A stretch of 64,000 bases of DNA from Babesia bigemina (taxonomy: Eukaryota). How positions within the stretch are numbered: the first letter of the stretch is position 1; each line of letters starts with the position of its first letter. Shown piece after piece: positions 1-10,478 of the stretch. The notes beneath the pieces were generated by a model, which saw nothing but the letters and a program-made list of their open reading frames with translations, searched no databases and was not told the DNA's origin. The position numbers and the translations under genes are program-made. The stretch covers positions 1,364,001-1,428,000 of the forward strand of contig NC_027218.1 of NCBI RefSeq assembly GCF_000981445.1. Reading direction: 5' to 3'.

Positions 1-291
1 AAGGGGGGGAGTGGCGGGACCGGAGGCAGAGACGCCAGTGGAGGAAGTGGAGCGATGCTGGGCATAGCTTACGGAAAAGCGTGCACTTCTACGACAGAAA
101 CATGGACAGTTGGTGTCACAACCAAGACACCCCGATTCATGGCATTCTTGTATTCCTACGCGTCCAAAGTAGATATCGCGACATTCAGGACAAGATGGAC
201 AACGTTTGCAAAACACGCGGCAGCATCTACAAATAGGCTTCGTACATTTAATAGTACATTTACACTGCGTCATTGTTCCTCCTCTCGACAT
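1..291 (-). CDS. Small cysteine-rich protein, ves-associated family (runs off the window edge; not in ORF track)
   Basis: Manual translation from ATG at 291: MSRGGTMTQCKCTIKCTKPICRCCRVFCKRCPSCPECRDIYFGRVGIQECHESGCLGCDTNCPCFCRRSARFSVSYAQHRSTSSTGVSASGPATPPL, open to position 1. Cys pattern, Ser-rich linker and upstream block match the paralogs at 49161, 52995 and 54271. Confidence 0.8.
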   Translation of the reverse strand, partial: MSRGGTMTQCKCTIKCTKPICRCCRVFCKRCPSCPECRDIYFGRVGIQECHESGCLGCDTNCPCFCRRSARFSVSYAQHRSTSSTGVSASGPATPPL

Positions 292-316
292 CTTCACCTT
301 CCGCTCCCAGTCTCTC

Positions 317-590
317 AACCTGCAAACATATCAATCACTCAAGCAGCACTCACCAACTGCAACACTACCACTGCCGCTACCACTCCCCTCAACCTGCGAA
401 CATGTCAATCACCTATGCAGCACTCACCAACTGCAACACTACCACTGCCGCTACCACTCCCCTCAACCTGCGAACATATCAATCACTTAAGCATACACTC
501 ACCAACTGCAACACGTACCACTGCCGCTCCCAGTCCCCTCAACCTGCAACCATATCAATCACTTAAGCATACACTCACCAACTGCAACAC
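317..590. repeat. Tandem repeat, ~74-76 bp unit x ~3.7
   Basis: Units start at 317, 391, 465 and 541 (aacctgc..aatcac..cactcaccaactgcaacac..ccactgccgct..cccctc). On the minus strand each unit contains a ~34-nt GTGAGT...GCAG intron-like segment. Confidence 0.9.
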
Positions 591-603
591 GAACACGCAC
601 CTC

Positions 604-790
604 AGCAGCGACACTGACCGTATCACATCGGCGTCACGGTAGTAGCCAGATGAACGCCATCCAAATCACAGCCGATTACATCACTACTATGCAGCTATCA
701 TAGCTGAATTAGCGCCCAGTCAAGGCATGTGAACGGTATCCTCGCCGTGGCATGCAGGTCAACCAGTGCCAGTGGAGCAGTCATTCTCAA
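604..790 (-). promoter_or_regulatory. Conserved upstream block of small Cys-rich genes (copy 1)
   Basis: GGTTGACCTGCATGCCAC at 747-764 (minus) plus GATAGCTGCATAGT. The same block occurs at ~48936-49130, ~52725-52905 and ~54035-54225. Regulatory role is inferred from position only. Confidence 0.55.
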
Positions 791-1289
791 TCATCAATGA
801 CAGTACAAAGTTGCCATTGCCTATGACTGCTTTTACATTTGTGTTATAATATGTACCTCAATGAGTTACACTGCGTTATTAATAAGTTTGTCATTCACCC
901 TGTTACCACCAATTACACTTAACCATGCCGTACCCGGGCCATCACGTCGCGTAACCACGGCTACATTCATTGCCTAGCAACAAACATGTTAACCATCTCA
1001 CCATACAATCACGTTGCATACGACGCACTTTCAGTTATCACAGCACGCTTCAGCAGCCTACATTGGTGGCTCATCACCCGGCATCACTGCCCACTATAAC
1101 CATGGGAGGGCGTGGGCACATTTCACCCGTAGCTGGCAGCTCTACATCCCAAACCACAAACCTTTAAATGCATGAACTACATTAACTGCCAGTTGATGAG
1201 TAGGCATTAGGTAATATACTTGGGTGAGTATCAGGTTAGGCGGTGGGTTGCTAGGTAGTGGGTTAGGTGAGCGGTGGTGAGGTGGTCTA

Positions 1290-4200
1290 TCAAGGTTGCA
1301 GATAGAATATCTTGGCAAGCCTGCCGACACGTGCGGCGGCAAGTAGTGATTGAGCAGCGATACGATGTGATGATGGTGAGTGCAAATGCGATTTGATGTG
1401 GAGCAGGTCGAGGCGGACGAGGAGGACGTAGAATAGGTAGAGTAGAGACAGTGACCACCAGGTGATGATGAGGTAGGAGAAGGGTTGTCGAATGGTCCAG
1501 AGGAAGTTGGGAATAGTGTCGTGTAATATTTTGGATAATATACTTCGCTCATTAAGCACTATCTGTAGTTGCTGAACTAAATCTTTGCAAGAACGTTTTA
1601 TTATATAATTGTTGTGATTACGACCGGATAATTGGCGTCTTCCGCCAAATACTAATCCGAAGGAATATAATGTTGGAAATGTCATGCTGCAGGAGAGCAT
1701 GGAGTTGCAAAGTTGAGTATGCATTTGACCGATTTCCTGCCCTATTTGTGGTTTGAATGCGAAACAATAGTTCTTATCACATCCGGTGATTCGGCACTTG
1801 GATTCACCGCTACCACAGTTGTTTTCACATTCCTTCAACAATTTATAAAATAGATCATACAATGTCTCTGTTAAATATACCATCCAGGAGAGATACAAGG
1901 CCGCATTACGTTTGCTAAACGTACCACATATCTCATAGCTCAAGGAATCAAGATATGCGCCACATTTGCCGTTACTAACATAACACGCATTGTCTACGGT
2001 TAATAACGAATTGAAGTCGCCCAAATTATGAGAAGTCGAATGATCCGTTGATTCAAACAGCATGGCGCATTCGTTCATGGCACCATACTCACGGCCGAGA
2101 TTAGCTGAAGTGACACAATCGTTAAATGCGGTTTTCTTATGTTCACCGCTCCAATTAATAAGGAACTGATGGTAAAACGCAAAAAGGTCACCGAGAGTTT
2201 TAGGTACACTAGGAAGGAGGCAATTCAATCGGCTACATAACTTCGTGAGGGGAGATGACTGATGTCCGCAGTAACCGCCAAGCGCATCAAGAATACGTTG
2301 GCCCGTATCCCTGTGCGATGCCATCTGACTGATACCGGAGAAGCCCATTGGAGTAATGCATGGTAAGCCAGAGTGACTCTTGAGCGAGCACTCCAGTTTT
2401 CCTCTTTCTGATTTCAGATGATGCGGTAGAAACCCTTGCAAACCATCTTCGAGGAACGACTGCAATGGCGATTTAACACCACACTTAGGGTACTCTTGAC
2501 ATCGTTGGTCAGCCTTTTGGTAATCATTTTGGTTAGCCCTTTGCTCACCCTTCTGGTTGCACGCTTGGTTGGCACATTGGTCGACGTTGCACCGCCAACC
2601 TGAGCCACCTACGCCTCGGCCATATTCGCAATCAAGCCAACCACTCAGAGAAGTGTCGTATTCACATTGCTGGTATAAGAAATAGAGCTGGAAATAAAGA
2701 CGGTTTAGAATGTCATGCAGCATACATATTAAACTATTCATATCGGTGGGATATAGTAGACCACTTTCGTTGGTGTAAAAATCGCAAGCATAGATGCCAC
2801 CAACATGACCGTTGCCGAGAATTGCGACTATTATGGCGTGCGATTCCGAACAACTATGCTTCAGCAGATCCAGTATGTTCTTGGAAGACAATGGATGGGG
2901 ATAGGCGCCAATGAATGGATGTCGCTTATCAGACACTTGGAAAATGTTTTTAACGTATGTCTTAAGATACTTGTATGTGAGATTATGTGGTAGACCACTA
3001 AGCCAACAAAGCATTTCGTATATAGTTGAGGGATGCTTAAGTGACCCTAAAGAGGATAGGTGACGCACTTGGTAATACTCGTGCAGGTAGTCGACACACA
3101 TCTTTAGAGTACTGCAGCTTTCCTTATTTGTTTCGTTATCGTCATACTCGCTTACAAGATTATGCTTGAGGAGAACATCAGAAATTAGGTCGCCTCTGCA
3201 CCCCTTCTCGTTTCGCAATTCGCCATTCTGATCGTCAGTTCCTGAAGAAACGATGAAACCACGCCTATCTAAAAACGCTCCAAGACCATTGTCTTTACCC
3301 AGATTTATAGGCTTATGATTCCATTTACTGCCCGACTTACTATCACATTCCTTGCGCAACCTACTGAGGCCGTCGTATAAAATTGAAATCAACGTTAAAC
3401 CTATTTTAGCACACTTATTACCCACTTCTCCGTTCCATACAAAATATTTGAATGAACCAGAATATGTGGAAATGTATACCTTCTGTAACTCCCGAGTCAA
3501 ACCGCTCATCCCTTTTGACAAAGTGTCAAGCAACTCCGGACTATCCCTGGTGGTGAATTTTTTAGGATGAAGCGCGCTTAGTGTTGTGTCGAGTTTCTGA
3601 TAATTATACGAAAATTGATGATCGAAATGGTTCGACTTTTGGAGTACATCAAGCAGAATGTCGAGATTCCCCTTTATTATTTTTACCTGTTCTGATTGTT
3701 CGGTTGGTGTTTTCTGAACCCTCAGCTTAGGCGGGGGCGGGGTCATCACTTGGTCCTCAGTATACAACAATATACGATCAAGGTAGTCCTGTATTTTTTT
3801 CGACATTTCTGCAAACGCAAATTTGATCTGCCGTTCTTTAGGATGCTTTAGAGAAGCCAGTCTTCCGCCTTGTTTGTCATACAATTTGCGAAGTAAGCCT
3901 TTAACTCCACTCTCCGAATCGTCCTCTATGATATCATTGATCTCCAAAATATTGTATTCCACTTTGGTTTTCATAGTATTAAACATTGTGCTAATCTTGG
4001 TGTGATATTCATCCTTGGCCTTCTTCTGAATTTCCTTAGTCGCCTCACAGACTTTGTTGGCGACTAAGGCTTGGATGTTGCTGTTAACATCTTGCACTTC
4101 TTTATCGATAATAGCGGTCTTGAAAGCTTCAACGTGTGAGACTATGGCTTGTAAATTGCCTTCTGTATTACTGTTGATAATACCTTTAATACGCGTTAGA

Positions 4201-6437
4201 ATGCCGTTTAGGGAATAACTAACCTCACCGTGTAGTGTATCCATCACTATACTCTTCATACTCAAAAGTTTCTGCTTGAGACCCCTGTCTTCAAGCCCAT
4301 TACCGGCAAGTTCCTCGATTTTTTTACAGAGTTGTTTAAGGTTGTTTTCGACTACGCCGGCTCTCTCTATTATTATAGATTCCGCTGATTTGGCGGTTTT
4401 AAGAAGTTCAGATGCTTCATTCTTAATATTCTTAAGTTTGTCATTAACGATTCTTTTAACCTCATTATGAAGATTCGTCGCACCGCTAATGGCCGCAGCC
4501 TGTAGGAGTGCGCCGAGTTCCGTATCGACCGCGTTGGCCCTCGTTGCTAGCTCGTTTTTCACCCCTTCGAAAATTTGGCGGGTGATGTTTTGTGTGATTT
4601 GAGTCCAGAGTACCTTGGCGCTGTTAAGATGGTTCAATACCTTTTCCAGCTTGGCTCCAGGACCTGTTGGAGTTGGGTCTGGGATGGCGGTCCCAAGAGA
4701 CGCTCCCACCTCTCTGATCTTACCCAAAGCGTTTACTTGCATAACTTTAAGACCGGGATATTCACCATTAATGGGATTGTCATTGGTAGCCACAATAACC
4801 GCCTGTTCCAAAGCCGTTACCAGCGTTCCGACTCCATCCTCAACGTTTTTCTTAATTTTTGCTACGAGCGGCTCAATATTGTTTTGCAACCCCCAATCAC
4901 CGCCCTTCTGCTTATACTGAGCAATATCACTCGGCTCATTCACCTTGCTATGTACATCATCAAGCAGACGTATGACGCATTCCTTTTCTTCTCCATCTCC
5001 TTTATTCCCCTTAATTGTCGTAATAACCTCATCGTACTTTTTTTTTAACTGTTCAAATTGTGTATGCAGCTTGGTTGCTTGAGCCTCAATTGCCTTGGCC
5101 GCGCTACTAATTTCGTGCGGCTTTCCTTTCACTAGTTCAACTTCGTTTATAATTGCAGTTACCTGCTGCTCAATAATTTTAATAAACTTTTCAGCCGCCT
5201 CTACCCACTTCACCAAATCTCTATGAACCATAGATAACTTCTCATTCACATCATTTAAAGGTTTCTTAATATTTGCTTCAAAATGTGTATTAATGTTCGT
5301 GGACATTTGACCCACAAGTAGTTCTGCTTTCGTATGTATCTCATCTCCCAGCTCCTTCAATTGATACTCACTGCACTCCACCACCGCCTTAAGCTCGTCA
5401 TTGCTGGCTGCTACAATGAACGCCCGAACTTGCACCTCCGCTCTACCAATTGCGCCCTGAAGCTTCCTACGAAGCTCGGGATCAAGATTAGAATACGCTA
5501 ATTTTGCGGCATCAAACGCTTTAGACATTTCGCCGGCGGTGCCAATACAGTTTGATAGCTTGGCTCCGATATGCTTAAACTGATCATCATATGCAATTGC
5601 TTTAAGATTTTGAAGCGCGCCGCTAAAGGCATCACATCTATGTGTTATAAGTGTCTTTAAAGCATCACTAACATTTTTTGCCCTGATCCCCAGCTCCTCA
5701 TCCCACTCCCGCAGCGCCTGGCTCACAGCTTTAATGGCCTCAGACAATCCATTGGGAGTGTACATACTTTCTTTAATTATTCGAAGCGTCGCACCCATAT
5801 CTTTATAATACGTAGTAACGCTTGGATCATCTTTCACTGCTTCAAGCACACCACTCAAAAATCCCATCACCCCGTCACACAGCCTATCCAAGTCGGAGTA
5901 CACAATGCCACTGCCGTCGTAGCCTTTGGTAGCAGAGTTGAAGCCGAGGAAAGTCTCGAGGCCGGCGCACAATTGCGTTAGAATGGTCTCGGGATCCTCA
6001 ATAAGCCCACCAAGGTTTCGCTGAAGTTTTTTCAGTTCCGACAATTTTGAGTCAACATCCTTCAAAGCTGTATCTTTGGAGGACTCAACATAATGGTTCT
6101 TTTCACAGGATTCTTTATCATATGTAAGTTGCTTTAAATGATCATTTAAAGGTGCATTTTCAAGAGAATTAGGTTGCTTAAGCAGCTTTTGAATTTCATC
6201 AATCGCCGAAAATTTAACCTTACAACATTCCTTTGTTTTCCACGATGGTTCAAGAGACTTAGCATACTTGTCAACAATACTATTGTAGGCATCCCTTATC
6301 GCCCCTTCAATCAGCTTTTGCAAAGCTTTGGCCAAATGCTTAAGACCATTACCATCGCCACCATGCCTGACCTGTATGAGCCAGTCGATGGCTTCCCGTA
6401 GATTTTCCGGGCAGTCAGTAAGTTTCTTAGGCGCCAT
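1290..6437 (-). CDS. ves1: Variant erythrocyte surface antigen (VESA/ves-family) protein, 1715 aa, single ORF
   Basis: N-terminus MAPKKLTDCPENLREAIDWL; GYDGSGIVYSDLDRLCDGVMGFL motif; long helical region; Cys-rich C-terminal domain; TM segment; tail RLDLLHIKSHLHSPSSHRIAAQSLLAAAR..YLQP, typical of Babesia ves genes. Confidence 0.9.
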   Translation of the reverse strand: MAPKKLTDCPENLREAIDWLIQVRHGGDGNGLKHLAKALQKLIEGAIRDAYNSIVDKYAKSLEPSWKTKECCKVKFSAIDEIQKLLKQPNSLENAPLNDHLKQLTYDKESCEKNHYVESSKDTALKDVDSKLSELKKLQRNLGGLIEDPETILTQLCAGLETFLGFNSATKGYDGSGIVYSDLDRLCDGVMGFLSGVLEAVKDDPSVTTYYKDMGATLRIIKESMYTPNGLSEAIKAVSQALREWDEELGIRAKNVSDALKTLITHRCDAFSGALQNLKAIAYDDQFKHIGAKLSNCIGTAGEMSKAFDAAKLAYSNLDPELRRKLQGAIGRAEVQVRAFIVAASNDELKAVVECSEYQLKELGDEIHTKAELLVGQMSTNINTHFEANIKKPLNDVNEKLSMVHRDLVKWVEAAEKFIKIIEQQVTAIINEVELVKGKPHEISSAAKAIEAQATKLHTQFEQLKKKYDEVITTIKGNKGDGEEKECVIRLLDDVHSKVNEPSDIAQYKQKGGDWGLQNNIEPLVAKIKKNVEDGVGTLVTALEQAVIVATNDNPINGEYPGLKVMQVNALGKIREVGASLGTAIPDPTPTGPGAKLEKVLNHLNSAKVLWTQITQNITRQIFEGVKNELATRANAVDTELGALLQAAAISGATNLHNEVKRIVNDKLKNIKNEASELLKTAKSAESIIIERAGVVENNLKQLCKKIEELAGNGLEDRGLKQKLLSMKSIVMDTLHGEVSYSLNGILTRIKGIINSNTEGNLQAIVSHVEAFKTAIIDKEVQDVNSNIQALVANKVCEATKEIQKKAKDEYHTKISTMFNTMKTKVEYNILEINDIIEDDSESGVKGLLRKLYDKQGGRLASLKHPKERQIKFAFAEMSKKIQDYLDRILLYTEDQVMTPPPPKLRVQKTPTEQSEQVKIIKGNLDILLDVLQKSNHFDHQFSYNYQKLDTTLSALHPKKFTTRDSPELLDTLSKGMSGLTRELQKVYISTYSGSFKYFVWNGEVGNKCAKIGLTLISILYDGLSRLRKECDSKSGSKWNHKPINLGKDNGLGAFLDRRGFIVSSGTDDQNGELRNEKGCRGDLISDVLLKHNLVSEYDDNETNKESCSTLKMCVDYLHEYYQVRHLSSLGSLKHPSTIYEMLCWLSGLPHNLTYKYLKTYVKNIFQVSDKRHPFIGAYPHPLSSKNILDLLKHSCSESHAIIVAILGNGHVGGIYACDFYTNESGLLYPTDMNSLICMLHDILNRLYFQLYFLYQQCEYDTSLSGWLDCEYGRGVGGSGWRCNVDQCANQACNQKGEQRANQNDYQKADQRCQEYPKCGVKSPLQSFLEDGLQGFLPHHLKSERGKLECSLKSHSGLPCITPMGFSGISQMASHRDTGQRILDALGGYCGHQSSPLTKLCSRLNCLLPSVPKTLGDLFAFYHQFLINWSGEHKKTAFNDCVTSANLGREYGAMNECAMLFESTDHSTSHNLGDFNSLLTVDNACYVSNGKCGAYLDSLSYEICGTFSKRNAALYLSWMVYLTETLYDLFYKLLKECENNCGSGESKCRITGCDKNYCFAFKPQIGQEIGQMHTQLCNSMLSCSMTFPTLYSFGLVFGGRRQLSGRNHNNYIIKRSCKDLVQQLQIVLNERSILSKILHDTIPNFLWTIRQPFSYLIITWWSLSLLYLFYVLLVRLDLLHIKSHLHSPSSHRIAAQSLLAAARVGRLAKIFYLQP

Positions 6438-6494
6438 GGTTTAGGAGTTGAAGTTGATGGTGTTATTTGTTTTGCAGAACTACATGTGAAATTT

Positions 6495-7363
6495 GAGGTT
6501 GCAGATCCTTGACTCCACTGCAAACATGCGATAAGCACTGGACGACTGGCAAACTCCTCTCTCAGTGCTCCAAACTACATTACTTAAGCATCTGCCTGAT
6601 TGAGGGCGTATTTGAAATTCGCGACAAAACTAGCATCCGCCTCGCTCACCTCATTACAACCTCCGGTACCCAGACAGCTCGAAATTCTGGCCCACTTCGG
6701 CGGTGTCCTGAAGCCTACCAACTACACTCCAATGTTCCACCGCCGGAAGAAACAGGTATAGTTGATGCAAGATGTGAGTTAATATTCGTATCAAATTCTA
6801 TCACTCTCCACGTAACTTCAACGATTGCCCCACTGCCACTGCAGGGTTTTAACATAATACTAATACGGCATTCCCAAATGTGACTCGAGCAACTGGGTGA
6901 CATCTAAACGAATATGGGCATGCTGTAATCGAGAATCGGAAAGGGCAATGGCGTTTCACCCCTCCGCATCCTTCACAAGCAGTGGAATCCTCGACGCATG
7001 ATGGATGAGGATGTGACCTCACTTTGAAGGATTACTGATGTAACTGTGAAGCACAGTCGAGAACGTGCTAGCTGAAAGGCGACTGTATGAGTGAAGAGCA
7101 GTAAGGGCAACTGGAGGACTATAGTAATGATGGAAAATGTCATGCCAAACTCAGGAGTCTCATGAGGGCTGAGAGCATACTATACCAGAAGAAAACATCG
7201 TAGATAGTATAGAGAACGCCTTCACAACCGTGGTGAACGGGGCTGTCAACGAAGGCAACCTGGTGTAGACGGGGCATAAAAGAAGAGGACATACAGGGGC
7301 GTGGTTGAGGATATGAAGCAGAGAGCTTTCATCTAGCAGAACAGTTTCATGGTTATACGTTAT
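6495..7363 (-). promoter_or_regulatory. Conserved ves upstream region (copy 1)
   Basis: Aligns by eye, inverted, with ~40650-41510 upstream of the second ves gene (e.g. catgccaaactcaggagtctcatgaggg vs ccctcatgagactcctgagtttggcatg). Confidence 0.7.
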
Positions 7364-7585
7364 ATGATGAGGGACGTGAAATCCAGAGAATATTATGACT
7401 CTCTGAACGACCCGCTGACCCAAATTGGATGCGTGCCAACGTGGATGATACCTGTAATGTTAGGCAACAGTACGACGTGGATCCGGCAACCAGTATCAGC
7501 GTGAGGCGCCAGCCCCGCAAAAAGGAAACCGGCTCTAGGCACGTAGCCACATCCCACACTATAAAATGAGAGAACGCAACAATAA
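7364..7585 (+). mobile_element. 3'-terminal fragment of non-LTR retrotransposon
   Basis: Translates MMRDVKSREYYDSLNDPLTQIGCVPTWMIPVMLGNSTTWIRQPVSA*, matching MRDMKPREDYDSVEDPRAQTGWMPAWMAPVTIGNGPTWIPQPVSA* at the end of the endonuclease relic (54800-54940). The 3' UTR also matches (gtagccac..cacact.taa.atgagagaac) and ends in a degenerate tail caacaataa. Confidence 0.75.
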
Positions 7586-9137
7586 ACAGAGTTCCACTGC
7601 GCATATGAATCTAATAAACTGCAGAATTATAGCGCAAATGGCCAACGGGACTCTCATAAAATCCGCCATGTTTATAATGCGTCAGACGATAAACAATCAT
7701 CCTGAATAAAAATGACCTTCAACAATCTTATAACGCATGAATATATGCATTAACTAATAACTAAGGCTGATTATTTTTTTTTCAAGTAGTGGCAGTGAAA
7801 ATCACAGTCCCAGCTATCTGCCTTTTTACGGCAGAATTTTTCTAAATAAAATACACAGGACAAAAAGTTTAATATATTAGACAACAGTCTTCATGTTATA
7901 TCATTGACAACGTTTTTATGCAATCCATAGCACGAAAATCAGAAGTTTATGCGTCACCGCCGTGCCCGACGACAGACCTCCCCTCAGCAATCCAACAGCC
8001 ACATTTGGCAGCAGATCATCACCGCTATGCTATAACCATTCTGGAAATCTGTATTACTAAGCGATGTTACGTGGAGGCTGCAGGGGTGTTTGCTATCGTA
8101 GGTGGCATGAAGTAGCTATTCAGAGTTGAGCATTTTTATACAACAAAACCGACACGCTTCTCATCCACAGTCTACCTATGTCTAACGGGGAATGCGGTTT
8201 CACCAAATGCACATTAACCAAACTGCAAAACAGCGAGCATAGCTGAATGTATAAATTTGCACTACGCATAGAGAATTGTATTACCGTTGACCTATTCGCC
8301 GCTAAGTTAAGGAACACTCCTAACTTGTAGTTGTTCGATAGAGAGATACAAGCCGTGTTGTATCCACTCCTTTGTAGCTAGCAGGCAGCAAATGTCTGGA
8401 GAAGGAAAAATCTGTATAACACCCATGGAAGTCGTGCACACTGTCGTGAAAGGTGTGGAAATAAACGTGTCGATATAAGACTATGGGGTATCAGCGTGAT
8501 ACAGGTCGGACTTCTCAGCAACGCGACGCTGTAGGTTGAGCCGGTACAAATTTCGGCTGCAGATAATACAAAAGAATCGATTAGCAATGATTTATCTGAT
8601 TCATTAGGTCGCGTGTGACACATCTATCTGGCGTTCTTCGATAATGAGTACAAGCAGCCTTTCCCGTTTGGAATGCTGCAAAGCGACATCAATACAATTA
8701 GACAGGCTTACACACTCTACTTTTGGGCATGATAGAATTCAAATACGACGTAAATATTCGAGCATGTCGGTGAAACAAACGGTTCTGCCATAATTTGCCG
8801 CCGCCCATCTCAGTTAGACATCGTAGACACCATGGATACTGAAATGCAAGTTAACATATTTACGTACAAATCTGTATTATACACAATGCACATTTAGTGT
8901 TCATATTATGCTAACTGGATTGATGGGCGTAATGTGGCTAATTATAATTTTTCATAGTCTGCGAGGCACGCAAAACGCACAGCTCGTTCGCGTTCTAGGT
9001 TTACACACATTTTGAGTGACACTTTTTCAATATATAAGAAACACTCTCATAGTACAAAACATGTAGTATAAGGGCGGTAACGAAGCGTTCTAACGTTACA
9101 CACTTATGGCAGTACAAGCCTCCATGGAATCTGAACG

Positions 9138-10477
9138 ATGGGTGATACTCCCCTAGATGCTGCTGCTACCAATTTATCGCAAGAACTCAAACCGGTCGAA
9201 ATCGCAGCATGCGAGGCGGATGACACAGTTGTTGGCGAGGATGAGGGGTATGAGCTTGAGGAGCTCAAGGAGGTCGTCCAAAACATCCTGTGGGATATTG
9301 TGGACACCAGAAGGCCATTGCTGCGTCGCCTAATCAACGCCAAAACAATCCTAGAAGCGCCTCCTCCGCCACCGCCAAAACAAGGAGCGAGAAAGCCAAA
9401 GGTGCCAGAGGTGGATGGTCATGCACTTTTCGAGGAAGTAGTCAAGGAGATTCTGGAAATTGACGAAGAGCTTGGCAACTTGGACAGAGAGATACTAGAT
9501 GAACAGCTTTTTATCCTATGTGGTATGTTACAACACCGGCCAACTTCATCTTGTCGCAGACAATCCACCGCCAGTGCCACCATCGGAAATCCAGATCATC
9601 CTCTTCAGGAAGAATGAGCAGGTCACAATGTTTGAGCACCATGAAATAATGTCGCGATTGTTCTCTTTTCTTGACGTCCAGTCTCTGTTGGAATTTTCCG
9701 AGGCGTCGAAGCTTTGCCGCGAGGCAGTGGACACTTACGCCAGGAAGGCGGCATACAACCTGCTGCTGCACAGGGGCTCGGTCTGCAGCAACTTGAGCTA
9801 CTGTAAGTGTTGGATGCACTATTGACGCATGTATATCATTCCAGGGCGACAGGTGATAGAGTTCTTTTTCACTGAAGTGGTGACGCTACAGCCAATCAGC
9901 CGCAGCAACTACCAGCCGATACAGGCACAACTGCGCATGAACAAGAACGTCTTCCCTATAAACACACAGTCCATGAAAGCGCATACTCACGTCTCATTCG
10001 ACTTCATAAAACCCCACTACATTGTGTACTGCGACCATCAGCGGCCGATGGCGCACACCTGCGAAGCATCAAGGTACTCCACAATACCAACCATCATCAC
10101 TCACATACAGGGCGCTGGACTGTGACCGCAAGGCGGTGACCAAGGTCATTACGGCGAACGAGTTCATCGTAGAGTACTGCAAGCGGCTGGAGGTGCAGGA
10201 CCCGGATACTCCAGCGTGGGGAGTGCCCGCTTCCATGGTCACGCCGGCGTACGTAGCGCTGATGCTGAAGGTGACCCTAGATACCATAGCCCAGTGCATC
10301 ACTAAGCACTCCGGCTTGGTCGAGTATCGCAGGACGGAGTACACCGCCAACGCAACGCACCACATAACGCACCGCATTTGGCTCCAGCTGTCCCTCAAGT
10401 GGGATTTCAGATTCGGCGACGACGCGCAGAACTCGCTCTACTTGAACGTCTTCGATCACTTCCGGTGGGACGGATAG
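9138..10477 (+). CDS. Multi-exon protein with F-box-like motif
   Basis: ORF pieces 9138, 9499, 9829 and 10022 are joined by short GT-AG introns (e.g. gtatgtt...gtcgcag 9523-9559). IMSRLFSFLDVQSLLEFSEASKLCREAV resembles an F-box. Confidence 0.55.
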
Positions 10478-10478
10478 C

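Noticed and set aside
317..590. CRISPR-like array
   Set aside because: Units are contiguous near-identical repeats with no unique spacers, there are no cas genes, and the context is eukaryotic.
55..642. Plus-strand ORFs (55-642, 206-490, 273-566) with repeated peptides
   Set aside because: Antisense shadows of the tandem repeat and of the minus-strand Cys-rich gene; splice signals and paralogy point to the minus strand.
1142..1552. Alternative-frame ORF overlapping the ves C-terminus (similar one at 48396-48632)
   Set aside because: Similarity follows from the conserved ves tail and 3' UTR; starts and stops differ between the copies.
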